Assembly (NCBI GenBank): GCA_900315705.1
Contig: ONAB01000005.1
Location: 48,510-112,509, forward strand
Length of the DNA stretch: 64,000 bases
Direction of reading: 5' to 3'
Source of the DNA: an uncultured Bacteroidales bacterium
GTDB lineage: Bacteria; Bacteroidota; Bacteroidia; Bacteroidales; WCHB1-69
The position numbers were made by a program, and so were the translations under genes. Below the pieces are notes generated by a model. That model worked only from the letters and a program-made list of their open reading frames with translations. It was not told the DNA's origin and searched no databases. Shown piece after piece: positions 8,882 through 20,146 of the stretch (positions are counted from its first letter, which is position 1; each line of letters starts with the position of its first letter).

Positions 8882-10426
8882 ATGTTAGTAAGAACATTCA
8901 GTTGTGCCCTGATGGGCGTGGCGGCCATCCACATCACGGTGGAGGTCAGCGTGGACACCGGCATCGGCTTTCATCTGGTGGGGCTCCCCGACAGTGCCGT
9001 AAAGGAGAGCCAGCAGCGCATTGAGACGGCGTTGAAGAGTTACAACTACCGGATGCCGGGCCGCAAGATTGTGGTCAATATGGCGCCGGCGGACATCCGC
9101 AAGGAGGGCTCGGCGTACGATTTGACCTTGGCCATCGCCATTCTGGCGGCCTCTGGCCAGATCAGCGGCGGCGACCGGCTCAAGGACTATTATATTATGG
9201 GGGAGTTGTCGTTGGACGGCACCCTGCAGCCCATCCGGGGGGCGTTGCCCATCGCGCTGGAGGCCCGCAAGCGCGGGATGAAGGCGCTGATACTGCCCGA
9301 GCAGAACGCCCGCGAGGCAGCCATCGTGCAGGGCCTCGACATCCTTGGGGTGAAGAACATCAAGCAGGTCATCGACTTCTTCGACGGCAGCGTTGCCATT
9401 ACGCCCACCACGGTGAACATCGAGAACGAGTTCCGGCGCAGTCTGAACAACTACGAGCACGACTTCAGCGACGTGAAGGGGCAGGAGAACATCAAGCGGG
9501 CGCTGGAGATTGCGGCAGCGGGCGGCCACAATGTCATCCTCATCGGTCCACCGGGCTCGGGCAAGACGATGTTGGCCAAGCGGTTGCCCTCCATCCTGCC
9601 GCCGCTGACCTTGAACGAAGCACTGGAGACCACCAAGATACACTCTGTGGCGGGCAAAATGAGTCGGTATGCCTCCTTGATTGCCGTGCGCCCGTTCCGT
9701 TCCCCGCACCACACCATCTCGGACGTGGCCCTGGTGGGTGGCGGCACGCACCCGCAACCCGGCGAAATCTCTCTGGCGCACAATGGGGTGCTGTTTCTGG
9801 ACGAGCTTCCCGAGTTCAAGCGGCAGGTGCTGGAGGTGATGCGGCAGCCTCTGGAGGACCGCTGCGTCACCATATCGCGGTCGCAGTACTCGGTGGAGTT
9901 CCCTGCCTCCTTTATGTTCGTGGCGGCGATGAACCCCTGCCCGTGCGGCAACTACAACCACCCCACCATCGCCTGCACCTGCAAGCCCGGCGAGGTACAG
10001 AGTTATTTGGGGAAGGTGTCAGGACCTTTGATGGACCGCATCGACCTGCACGTGGAGGTGGTGCCCGTCAGCCACGAGGAGCTGGCCAGCAGCAAGCCGG
10101 TGGAGAAGAGCGCCGACATCCGCAAGCGGGTGGTGGCGGCGCGAGAGATCCAGAAGGCGCGTTTCGCCAACCACTACAACATCTTCTGCAATGCGCAGAT
10201 GACCAGCCGGATGGTGCGGCAGTACTGCATCATCGACGAGACGGGACAGCAGATCCTCAAGGACGCGATGGACCGGCTCGGACTATCCGCCCGCGCCTAC
10301 GACCGCATCCTCAAGGTGGCCCGCACCATCGCCGACCTCGACGGCAGCGCCGACATCGGACTGGGCCATCTCAGCGAGGCCATCAATTACAGAAGTCTGG
10401 ACAGGGACAATTGGGGGAAGAAGTGA
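8882..10426 (+). CDS. comM: YifB/ComM family Mg-chelatase-like AAA ATPase
   Basis: 514 aa with a Lon-like N-terminal domain, Walker A GPPGSGKT and a ChlI-type AAA core. Confidence 0.9.
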   Translation: MLVRTFSCALMGVAAIHITVEVSVDTGIGFHLVGLPDSAVKESQQRIETALKSYNYRMPGRKIVVNMAPADIRKEGSAYDLTLAIAILAASGQISGGDRLKDYYIMGELSLDGTLQPIRGALPIALEARKRGMKALILPEQNAREAAIVQGLDILGVKNIKQVIDFFDGSVAITPTTVNIENEFRRSLNNYEHDFSDVKGQENIKRALEIAAAGGHNVILIGPPGSGKTMLAKRLPSILPPLTLNEALETTKIHSVAGKMSRYASLIAVRPFRSPHHTISDVALVGGGTHPQPGEISLAHNGVLFLDELPEFKRQVLEVMRQPLEDRCVTISRSQYSVEFPASFMFVAAMNPCPCGNYNHPTIACTCKPGEVQSYLGKVSGPLMDRIDLHVEVVPVSHEELASSKPVEKSADIRKRVVAAREIQKARFANHYNIFCNAQMTSRMVRQYCIIDETGQQILKDAMDRLGLSARAYDRILKVARTIADLDGSADIGLGHLSEAINYRSLDRDNWGKK

Positions 10427-10453
10427 GGATGCATTGCGCAATGTGAATGTGCA

Positions 10454-10903
10454 TTACAAGAAGCACTCCACTATCCTCTCCAGCCACTCTTTGTCAACAT
10501 TATCGAAGGTGCTGAGATGTTCGCTGTCGATGTCGAGCACGGCAATGATTTCGCCGTTGCGGAACACGGGCACCACGATTTCGCTTTGGGAGGCGCTGCT
10601 GCAGGCGATGTGGCCCTTGAACTGATGCACATCGGGCACCACGAGTGTGCGCCGCTCCTGCCAGGAAGTGCCGCACACTCCCCTGCCGCGGGCAATGCGC
10701 GTGCAGGCCAGCGGCCCCTGGAACGGGCCCAGCACCAGCTCCTCCCCTATCACCCGGTAAAAGCCGGTCCACCAAAAATGGAATGCCTCGTGAATGATGG
10801 CCGACAGATTCGCCATCAGCGCGATATCATCGGTCTCGCCCTCGGCCAGCGACTGCGCCTGGCGCAGCAGCAAGTCATATTTCTTCACTTTTTCCGTCAT
10901 CAT
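10454..10903 (-). CDS. msrC: GAF-domain protein (free methionine-R-sulfoxide reductase-like)
   Basis: The start is set at ATGATG 10898-10903, because the longer ORF in the track runs through tRNA-Glu. The GAF fold carries the conserved GHIACSS segment. Confidence 0.75.
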   Translation of the reverse strand: MMTEKVKKYDLLLRQAQSLAEGETDDIALMANLSAIIHEAFHFWWTGFYRVIGEELVLGPFQGPLACTRIARGRGVCGTSWQERRTLVVPDVHQFKGHIACSSASQSEIVVPVFRNGEIIAVLDIDSEHLSTFDNVDKEWLERIVECFL

Positions 10904-10929
10904 ATCCCTTGTTTGTTTATTATATGGAC

Positions 10930-10958
10930 AAAAAAAACCGAACTTGAGGCAAGTCCGG
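10930..10958 (-). terminator. intrinsic terminator after tRNA-Glu
   Basis: On the - strand, stem CCGGACTTG/CAAGTTCGG with a 3-nt loop is followed by a T8 run. Confidence 0.75.
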
Positions 10959-10968
10959 TTGATTTTTG

Positions 10969-11043
10969 TAGCGAGTAGGAGATTCGAACTCCTGATCTTC
11001 AGAATGAAAATCTGACGTCCTAGGCCAACTAGACGAACTCGCC
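10969..11043 (-). tRNA. tRNA-Glu (anticodon TTC)
   Basis: The reverse complement is GGCGAGT-TC-GTCTAGTTGGCCTAGGAC...TCAGA-TTTTCAT-TCTGA...AGGAG-TTCGAAT-CTCCT-ACTCGCT. The anticodon loop carries TTC, and the D arm is like E. coli tRNA-Glu. Confidence 0.9.
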
Positions 11044-11065
11044 AACAAGTGTCATTTTGACGCGG

Positions 11066-11073
11066 CAAAAATA
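11066..11073 (-). promoter_or_regulatory. -7 box (TATTTTTG) for tRNA-Glu
   Basis: It sits inside GACGCGGCAAAAATACACTTTTTTT (11059-11083), identical to 2781-2805 upstream of tRNA-His. Confidence 0.7.
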
Positions 11074-11116
11074 CACTTTTTTTCGTTCCCTCCGTTTTGC
11101 GGAGAAAGAAAAAATA

Positions 11117-11791
11117 TTACTCGCCGTTTTTGTCTTGTTCAAACCTGAATCCCAGGCGTTTACCAGTGCGAATCAGGTTCTGATCCTCAATTTGCAACAT
11201 ATCGTTGACCGAAATTATCTTGGTTTCTTCGTAATCCGGCACCAACAAATCGAAGTTTATCGTGTAAGTTATCGCAGATTTCAATATCTCCTGCACGGAT
11301 TCCTTGTTGATTTTGTTGCTGCTGAAGTTATTGAGCACCTGCGCCAACTCGCGCTTGCCTTCAATATAATAATGTCCCTCCTTGTTGATCAAGATACGGC
11401 CGATCATATAACCGAGGTCGTTGATACGGTTGTACTTGAACGAGTCGCCGAGAAAGTTAAATATCTGTATCATACCGCAATAGGAGCGGGTCTTGTCCTC
11501 CTTGATGTAGGCGGAACGCATCACCTCGTGGTCGCGCGAGAACTCAAAAATGTTACTGTGCATCAGGAACACCAAGACATCGCCCGCGAACTTGAGCTGG
11601 AACTGGTACTGGGTCTTGTTGTCATAACGGACAGGAATGTCCTCGTGGTCATCCGCATAGTTGACACGGTAGAAATCTTCGAAATTTTTAGAGCATTCTT
11701 TGAACAACTGCATCGTCTCCAACGTGATAGCAAAGATGTCTTGCTTCAGTTGTCCTTTGGTAATCAATAGATTACAGAGAGAATCATCCAT
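11117..11791 (-). CDS. hypothetical protein
   Basis: 224-aa ORF with coding-like composition. No motif recognised. Confidence 0.6.
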   Translation of the reverse strand: MDDSLCNLLITKGQLKQDIFAITLETMQLFKECSKNFEDFYRVNYADDHEDIPVRYDNKTQYQFQLKFAGDVLVFLMHSNIFEFSRDHEVMRSAYIKEDKTRSYCGMIQIFNFLGDSFKYNRINDLGYMIGRILINKEGHYYIEGKRELAQVLNNFSSNKINKESVQEILKSAITYTINFDLLVPDYEETKIISVNDMLQIEDQNLIRTGKRLGFRFEQDKNGE

Positions 11792-11959
11792 ATATGGTCA
11801 TTTAGAATTAGGCAGCGAAGATACAAAAAAAAGAAATAGCGCCAATAAGACTCTTCATTAATGACAGAATAAGCAGCAGCCATCCCATTCCCTGTCATTC
11901 AATGTGACAAAATGGCAGACAATTCCTTCTTTTGTGGCAAAAACCGAGAATAAACAGTT

Positions 11960-11975
11960 TGGCACAGATTTTGCA
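11960..11975 (+). promoter_or_regulatory. sigma-54-type -24/-12 element (TGGCAC-N5-TTGCA) upstream of groES
   Basis: Exact GG-N10-GC spacing (GG 11961-62, GC 11973-74), 65 nt upstream of the groES ATG. No TAnnTTTG box lies in the same interval. Confidence 0.45.
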
Positions 11976-12039
11976 AAACCATAGCGCCTCAAAAAAGTGC
12001 AAATTCAATAATTATAATAACAACTAAAAAACACAGATT

Positions 12040-12315
12040 ATGAAATGCAACATTAAACCCTTAGCAGACAGAGTTTTAGTTAAGCCTGCCGAAGCCGAGC
12101 AAAAAACTGCCGGCGGTATCATCATCCCTGACACCGCAAAAGAGAAACCCCAAAAGGGCACCGTTGTGGCCGTGGGACCTGGCAAAAAAGACGAGCCGAT
12201 GACTGTCAAGGTGAAAGACACCGTCTTGTACGGCAAATATTCCGGCACCGAAATCCAACTGGACGGCGAGACCTTCCTCATTATGAAGGAGAGCGACATC
12301 TACGCAATCTGCTAG
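12040..12315 (+). CDS. groES: co-chaperonin GroES
   Basis: 91 aa, [12 protein letters not shown]...[13 protein letters not shown]. Confidence 0.97.
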   Translation: MKCNIKPLADRVLVKPAEAEQKTAGGIIIPDTAKEKPQKGTVVAVGPGKKDEPMTVKVKDTVLYGKYSGTEIQLDGETFLIMKESDIYAIC

Positions 12316-12360
12316 TTGGAGGGGGACGTTAGACTTAAGACGATTATAGTTAAAGTATAA

Positions 12361-14022
<1,662 letters not shown>

Positions 14023-14051
14023 TTCATTGTTTTATCTAACTGTTTATACGG

Positions 14052-14085
14052 ACGGGATGGCCGAATGGCTGTCCCGTTTTTTTTA
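14052..14085 (+). terminator. intrinsic terminator after groEL
   Basis: Stem ACGGGATGGCC / GGCTGTCCCGT with GAAT loop, followed by T8. Confidence 0.8.
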
Positions 14086-14214
14086 TTTCCAGATCGAACC
14101 ATATCAACCCTTACTTAACAACAGGATAAGGGGAATGTGCGACGCACACTCCCCTATCCGAATCAAACATTATGAACAAATAACCTATGGGACTGAGACC
14201 ACAGGGGAAATCTT

Positions 14215-17200
14215 TCAACGATTCACACATTTATATACAGAGACAGGCCTACCTTCCGACTTTACACGCACCACATACACACCTGCAGGCAAACCCTCCA
14301 ATGAGACCGCCTGGACCGACGGCACGCTCTCCGTACGCAACAAATGTCCCGCCAAGTCGAAAATCTCAACTTCAACGTTTCTGTCACCGCCATTGAGTGT
14401 CTCGTACTCCTTGAGAATGCCGGCGCCACCCGTTGCAGAGGCACTTACCACTGTCAATCCAGCATTGTTCTCCACTCTGACCGCAACTCTCGGGGGAGCC
14501 ATCGCCAAGAGTGGCATCTTAACCCAGCAGGAGGTGTTCAAGCCAAGAGCCACCCACCTCAACCTGTCGTAGAGTCCGTCTCCCGTCACCAGTGCATAGG
14601 AATAACCCTTTATCCCGGAATGGGGATCGGAAGAGGCATTCCAAGAGAACAAGACCTTGCCTTCAGCCGCACACGTTCTGCGAGGCACCTCCCTTACCAC
14701 GATTGACGAAGGCGGCGTATAATCCACTTTCAAGAATTTCTCGGCCAGCGACGAGAAACGCCCGGAGGCATCCAGCACCACGGACTTGACTTTGCAAGCG
14801 GGCTCCCCGGCCAATGCCTGACTGCGCACATCACGGGAGTCCCCAGCACCCACCGTCAGCATTACCGAATCGGCACGGGAAATATAGGAGCGCACATTGT
14901 CGATTCTCACCGATGATCGAATTGTGGCAAATCCCACATATTGTCCATTGGCGTGAGGCGACACCCCGGCACCTGAGCCGGCCTGCAGCATCAATGTGTT
15001 GTGCCGGAAGACAAGAATCCCGCCATCACACCGGCGCCAGACCACCCGTATCAGATAAGACTGCCCATAAGTGAAATACACCACACCGCTTGACGCCAAC
15101 AAGGTGCTGACACCCTGATCCGACTTGAACAGGCTCACACTATGGCCAGGCTTGTCAAACACAAGCTTATAACCCGAAAAAACGGCGTCATTCACATCCA
15201 AAGCATTCGCCCCGAAGAAGAAAACAGCCTGATCTCCCGACTCCATTGAGAGATAGAAGTCGAAAAGTACCGCATCCGAGAGCGATTGGTTCAAGGCTGC
15301 CGCTATTGCAGTATGAGAGAATGTATCACACGTTTGTTGCAAAGCATCGGAAACGACACTCCACCGACCATCCGAAGCCCACACCGAAGTGTCAAGGATT
15401 CCGACAAAATTGTCACACAGAAATCCATTTGAAACATTACCAGACCAACGGTCGCCCTCCTTTTCAATCACTTGATAGAAACGGTTTTGGAGCGCCACAT
15501 CATCGGAATCCCGGAAATGCAAGACGATATCGCGGGTCACCCACTGATTCTCATCCCAGACAATATGGGTAGAAGGGGGCTGGCAATCGTCCGGCAATGT
15601 CGTCGGGAAACAGGCGTGCCAAGAGGCCTGCCATCCGGCACGTGTGGTGGCGCAATCAGAGCGGAATTCAACCAGCACATACTCCCCCCGCGCCACGACT
15701 CTGCCTGGACTTTGGGTATTCCATCTGCCCAGTTTGGGCGCGTATGGCGTGTTCCCTTCGTAAATCCACATAAAGTCATAATCCGGTTCCAGATCGAATT
15801 CGGTAAAATCCAGCACGATGCTGTCCGCCCCAGGCACCCATATCAGAGTCAGCCGGCGCTCATCGTTGCCATAGTTGGCCAAAGGTCCGCCCGAATCCGC
15901 AAAGACTCCCGACGTGTCGAAAAAGTAATCCGCTGTGGTGATGGGATTCAGCAGCTTGTAGTAGTAGTTCCAGTCCCAGAAGGGCCCGGGATCCGTATGC
16001 GACTGATTCGGATAGTGCTGGTGTCCGCGGATATGGATGCACGACGTAGCGCCACCCTGACTATGCAGTCCGGCATTCAGGGCTGTGCCGTCATCCAGTG
16101 TATCCCGGTAGAAGGTGCGCAACGGATTGATATTGGGGCGGCGGGAGCAGATATCGCGCACCAGGGCCGCAGAAGAGTGATACATAGCAGTGGTAAAGTA
16201 GCTGTAGATATTGCCATAGGCCTCGTGTTCTATGCCGATGGTGTAGCCGTTCTCGCTGCCCACGTGCCAGGCTTTGTCCGCCTCCGCCACCATTTGTGTT
16301 ACCTGCCCGTCGATGGAGCGTATCACATAGTGGGCAGAGGCTCTGGCATTGCAGTTCTGGAACCAAGCGATAGAACCGGCATACGTGCCCGACGTATAGT
16401 GTATGGTCACGTTGGAGGGCGTTTGCGTGCGGCCTGACGTGTAGTTGCAGGATGCTGCCGGGCGCCATATCGCATCGGGGTAATCCGCCGAACGGACCTC
16501 CCCCACCCCTTTGTCAGTGGGCTGTTCCAAGGTGACGGAGGATTTCCTCAACCACTTCAAGTTATTGCCAAAGAGAGCATCCCAATCTACCTTCCGCAGG
16601 GGCGTTCCCAAGACGGATGATGTGGAATCTGCCAGGAAAAGGCAAATGGCATAGAGCGAACTCATCATAGGATAGAGCTCAGGATGGCGTGTCATATCCC
16701 AATTGGGCAGTCCCTGGAGGCACAATTCCCGTACGGTGAACTCGCCGAGCGGCAGTTCCGAGAGCTCCATCAAGACCGGGAAAACGTCGCGGAGGGTGTC
16801 ATCGCTTGAGCCGTATTCGCGCTGCAAACGGCTGAACGCCTGAGCGTACGCCAGAATGGAAACACGGCGGTCACTCAGAAGCGCACTTTCAGAGACTCCC
16901 GACAGCGCGGCCACTTTCCGCAGGTTCTCACGGAACACGCCCTTCCCGTGCCGCGTGAGCCCCATCACTCCGTAAAGAGGCGGTGGAGATGCCGTGTCCC
17001 ATTCCGACGTATCAGCAGGCGACAAATCATTAAATCTTGAATATGTGAAAGAGACTGCCTCCAATATTCCCCTCGGAATCGAGGGATAGAGACCATATGC
17101 CTCTTCAAAAAAGGGTTTCAGTCTTTCATAGTCCTTCACCAAGGTCCAAAGCACCTGTTCCGAACTTTGTTGCTCCCATTTATATTGATAGATGTCGTTA

Positions 17201-17283
17201 GACAACTGCGCCCTAAGGGAGCAAAGAGACAGCAGGCCCCATAGGAGCAAGAGCGCGACGCGAGTATGTATCCGATGTATCAT
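14215..17283 (-). CDS. T9SS-sorted multidomain peptidoglycan hydrolase (N-acetylmuramoyl-L-alanine amidase domain)
   Basis: Start at ATG 17281-17283 gives signal peptide MIHRIHTRVALLLLWGLLSLCSLRAQ. It has an amidase_2/PGRP-type core (AHYVIRSIDGQ...WHVGSENGYTIGIEHE) and a C-terminal Por/T9SS sorting domain (LPAGVYVVRVKSEGRPVSVYKCV). Confidence 0.75.
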   Translation of the reverse strand: MIHRIHTRVALLLLWGLLSLCSLRAQLSNDIYQYKWEQQSSEQVLWTLVKDYERLKPFFEEAYGLYPSIPRGILEAVSFTYSRFNDLSPADTSEWDTASPPPLYGVMGLTRHGKGVFRENLRKVAALSGVSESALLSDRRVSILAYAQAFSRLQREYGSSDDTLRDVFPVLMELSELPLGEFTVRELCLQGLPNWDMTRHPELYPMMSSLYAICLFLADSTSSVLGTPLRKVDWDALFGNNLKWLRKSSVTLEQPTDKGVGEVRSADYPDAIWRPAASCNYTSGRTQTPSNVTIHYTSGTYAGSIAWFQNCNARASAHYVIRSIDGQVTQMVAEADKAWHVGSENGYTIGIEHEAYGNIYSYFTTAMYHSSAALVRDICSRRPNINPLRTFYRDTLDDGTALNAGLHSQGGATSCIHIRGHQHYPNQSHTDPGPFWDWNYYYKLLNPITTADYFFDTSGVFADSGGPLANYGNDERRLTLIWVPGADSIVLDFTEFDLEPDYDFMWIYEGNTPYAPKLGRWNTQSPGRVVARGEYVLVEFRSDCATTRAGWQASWHACFPTTLPDDCQPPSTHIVWDENQWVTRDIVLHFRDSDDVALQNRFYQVIEKEGDRWSGNVSNGFLCDNFVGILDTSVWASDGRWSVVSDALQQTCDTFSHTAIAAALNQSLSDAVLFDFYLSMESGDQAVFFFGANALDVNDAVFSGYKLVFDKPGHSVSLFKSDQGVSTLLASSGVVYFTYGQSYLIRVVWRRCDGGILVFRHNTLMLQAGSGAGVSPHANGQYVGFATIRSSVRIDNVRSYISRADSVMLTVGAGDSRDVRSQALAGEPACKVKSVVLDASGRFSSLAEKFLKVDYTPPSSIVVREVPRRTCAAEGKVLFSWNASSDPHSGIKGYSYALVTGDGLYDRLRWVALGLNTSCWVKMPLLAMAPPRVAVRVENNAGLTVVSASATGGAGILKEYETLNGGDRNVEVEIFDLAGHLLRTESVPSVQAVSLEGLPAGVYVVRVKSEGRPVSVYKCVNR

Positions 17284-17473
17284 TGCGTTTGATTTTAAAT
17301 TCGGCGGCAAAGATACAATCAAAACAAACTTTTGTCAATAGTTTATTATATTATTAAGAATTATTAAGAAATCAACACTTTTAGCAACAAATTTATTTTA
17401 TTATAAATTAGCCACTTATATTTATTCTTAACAAATTTATGTTAAATCACGTTTTAACAAATTATTGTTAATT

Positions 17474-19207
17474 TCAAGATTCCGCGTCCGATTCCTTCGC
17501 GTTAAGGTTTTCCATAAAGTTGTTCTCAAGGAAGGAAAAACGGCGCAAGGCGTAACGCGAAAACATCAGGAAGAGCACGATGGCGATAGTGATGAGAACT
17601 AACAGCCATTTGGTGTATTTGAAAAACTTGATCAGGATGGAGGAGACGAAGAAGGCGGCAATAACCATCCGGAACAGGGTCCACACGGTGATCACAATCA
17701 CATTACCCTTGCTTTTGCGTGCCATATCCGAATAAAGTTGCCGGGTTTTCTGGTTATTGTGAGTAACCCCGAAAAGGAAGGGGGTGATAATCAGCAGCGA
17801 AAGAACAGCACCTATAATATTATATAGCGGATGCGGCAATTTCTGCACAATCTCGAACTTGTTCAGGAAGGGCAAAGCGTAGTCGAAGAGAAACACCAGC
17901 GTGGCGAAACTGAGAACAGAGAAAATAATCACCCTCGGGAGGGAATAGGTGATGATGCTTCCCCAGTTCTTGTTGCCCGTCTTCTTGCCCAACAGGCTAT
18001 ATTCATCCATTTGGACCTTAACATCAGCAGGAATCACCCTGTCGAGGAAATTGTAGAAGGGCGTGGCGGCCTTTATCCAGTACGGGGTGGTGAACGTCGT
18101 GATGACGGAGGCTGCGATGACCACAGGATAGATGTGCTTGGGCATCACGCCGAGCGACACACCCACGGAGGCGATGATGAAGGCAAACTCGCCCACTTGG
18201 GAGAGCGTGAAGCCCGTCTTGACAGACTCCTCCAGCGTGGCGCCGGCCACCAGCGCTGCCACGGTCTGCACCAACGCCTTCACCACCAAAGTGATAATCA
18301 CCAGCGACAACACCAGTTTCCAATACTCCGCCAACACCTGCGGGTCCACCATCATACCGACAGAAACGAAGAAGATGGCCCCGAAAAGATCCTTGATACT
18401 TTTGGTCAGGTCAATAATACGTTCGCTCTCAATGGTTTCCGACAGAATAGAGCCGATAACGAACGCCCCCAATGCGGAAGAGAAGCCCACATTGTTGGCG
18501 ATAATCACCATACCGAAACAAAGGCCGATGGAGATTATCAGCAGGGTTTCGTCATTGATATATTTCTTGGCTTTCCGGAAGAAGGTGGGAATCACGAAAA
18601 TGCCCACCACGAACCAAAGCACCAGGAAGAAGACGAGTTTGACGATGCTCATCACCATCTCCATTCCTGCAAACTGCTTGCTGGCGGAGGCAGTGGAGAG
18701 GAGCACCATCATCACCACAGCCACGATATCCTGGATGATGAGCACCACCATCGTCAAATCCACAAAGGGCTCATCCTTGAGGTGCATATCGTCGAACGCC
18801 TTGATGATAATCGTAGTGGACGACATCGCCAGCATACCGCCGAGGAATATGCTCTGCATCGTCTCCCATCCCATCAGGAAGCCCAAAATCATACCCACGC
18901 CCATCATCGCGACTATGCCCAGAAAAGCGGTCACAAAGGCCTTGCTGCCCACGGAGGTCAGCTTGCGGAAGCTGAATTCGAGTCCCAACCCGAAAAGCAG
19001 GAAGATGATGCCGATTTCAGACCAGACCTCAATATCGGCGATATCCTTGACGGTCGGGAAGAGGTTGAGGTGAGGGCCCACCAGGATGCCGGCCACGATA
19101 TAGCCCAGCACCAGGGGTTGTTTGAGAAGCTTGAATATGATGGTCACCACACCCGCTGAAATCAGAATCAGGGCGAGGTCGGAGACGAGGTTCAGGTTTT
19201 CTGACAT
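17474..19207 (-). CDS. cation:proton antiporter (Na+/H+ exchanger family)
   Basis: 577 aa with more than 12 predicted TM helices and a CPA-type N-terminus (LILISAGVVTIIFKLLKQPLVLGYIVAGILVGP). Confidence 0.8.
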   Translation of the reverse strand: MSENLNLVSDLALILISAGVVTIIFKLLKQPLVLGYIVAGILVGPHLNLFPTVKDIADIEVWSEIGIIFLLFGLGLEFSFRKLTSVGSKAFVTAFLGIVAMMGVGMILGFLMGWETMQSIFLGGMLAMSSTTIIIKAFDDMHLKDEPFVDLTMVVLIIQDIVAVVMMVLLSTASASKQFAGMEMVMSIVKLVFFLVLWFVVGIFVIPTFFRKAKKYINDETLLIISIGLCFGMVIIANNVGFSSALGAFVIGSILSETIESERIIDLTKSIKDLFGAIFFVSVGMMVDPQVLAEYWKLVLSLVIITLVVKALVQTVAALVAGATLEESVKTGFTLSQVGEFAFIIASVGVSLGVMPKHIYPVVIAASVITTFTTPYWIKAATPFYNFLDRVIPADVKVQMDEYSLLGKKTGNKNWGSIITYSLPRVIIFSVLSFATLVFLFDYALPFLNKFEIVQKLPHPLYNIIGAVLSLLIITPFLFGVTHNNQKTRQLYSDMARKSKGNVIVITVWTLFRMVIAAFFVSSILIKFFKYTKWLLVLITIAIVLFLMFSRYALRRFSFLENNFMENLNAKESDAES

Positions 19208-19240
19208 ATTGTTTATCTACAGGTTGTTATGGTTTGCTTT

Positions 19241-20053
19241 CTAATATTGGAGGTTGATGCGGCCCACACATTTGCCCTTGCTGGTCATTTGATAGATGCG
19301 GGTTTTGCCTATGACGCGCGGCTCGGGCATCTCGATATGGGAGTGGCCACCTATGATGATATCGATGTCAGGGACATTTTCAGCCACGGTAAAATCGTTC
19401 ATCATACTCTCGTCGATGCCCAGGTGGGAGAGGCAGATGATGAGCTGGCAGCCCTGTTGCTTAAGGGCATCCACGCATTGGCGGGCGCAGGCGACGGGAT
19501 CGAGGTAGCGAGTTCCTGAAGAGACGCTGGGGGACACCAGCGGCTGGAGGTCAGCCAGCAAGCCGAACACGCCGACCTTGAGACCACCGCATTCCAGCAC
19601 CACGTAGGGCTTGACCACTTTGCGCAGGAGTTTGTCCGAGAACTCGTAGTTGGCACAGACGACCGGGAACTTGGCCTTGCGGAGGCGCTTGCCGAGAGCG
19701 TGACAGCCGTTGTCGAACTCGTGGTTGCCGAGCGTGACAGCATCGTAGCCCATTGCATTCATCAGTTTCAGTTCCACATACCCTTTGAAGAAATTGAAAT
19801 AAGGGGTGCCTTGGGAGAAGTCGCCGGCATCGAACAGCAGCACGTTGGGGTTTTGTTCGCGGGTTTCGCGGATGAAGGCCTCACGGCGGAGGAAACCGCC
19901 CACATTGGTGTCGGCCTTATAGGTAAAGGGTTCTATCTGGCTGTGGGTGTCGTTGGTATGGAGGATGACCAGCTGGCGTTCCTGAGCCTGGAGGGAGATG
20001 GAACAGGCTGCCATCCAGAGCATTAGCAATATGGGCAGGATCTTTTTCATCAT
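19241..20053 (-). CDS. secreted metallophosphoesterase (5'-nucleotidase N-terminal type)
   Basis: Signal peptide plus calcineurin-like motifs HTNDTHS, DAGDFSQGT and GNHEFDNG. Confidence 0.8.
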   Translation of the reverse strand: MMKKILPILLMLWMAACSISLQAQERQLVILHTNDTHSQIEPFTYKADTNVGGFLRREAFIRETREQNPNVLLFDAGDFSQGTPYFNFFKGYVELKLMNAMGYDAVTLGNHEFDNGCHALGKRLRKAKFPVVCANYEFSDKLLRKVVKPYVVLECGGLKVGVFGLLADLQPLVSPSVSSGTRYLDPVACARQCVDALKQQGCQLIICLSHLGIDESMMNDFTVAENVPDIDIIIGGHSHIEMPEPRVIGKTRIYQMTSKGKCVGRINLQY

Positions 20054-20077
20054 TATGGGAATCAGAGTGCAAAAGTA

Positions 20078-20110
20078 ACAAAAAAGCGGGGTTTAGGGGC
20101 CCCGCTTTTC
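20078..20110 (-). terminator. intrinsic terminator after the kdd-like gene
   Basis: Stem AGCGGGG/CCCCGCT (20085-20091 / 20100-20106), with T-runs on both strands. Confidence 0.7.
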
Positions 20111-20146
20111 TCGTCAAAAAAAATTATTATTACTATATTTCATAGG

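Noticed and set aside
10969-11043. The 3' end of tRNA-Glu (CTCCTACTCGCT) shares CTACTCGC with the island motif GCTACTCGCAA, suggesting tRNA-derived att scars.
   Set aside because: Identity does not extend beyond 8 nt on either side, and a random 8-mer is expected about twice in 128 kb of two-strand sequence. No integrase is present, and the motif is consistently positioned relative to promoters, not to element ends.
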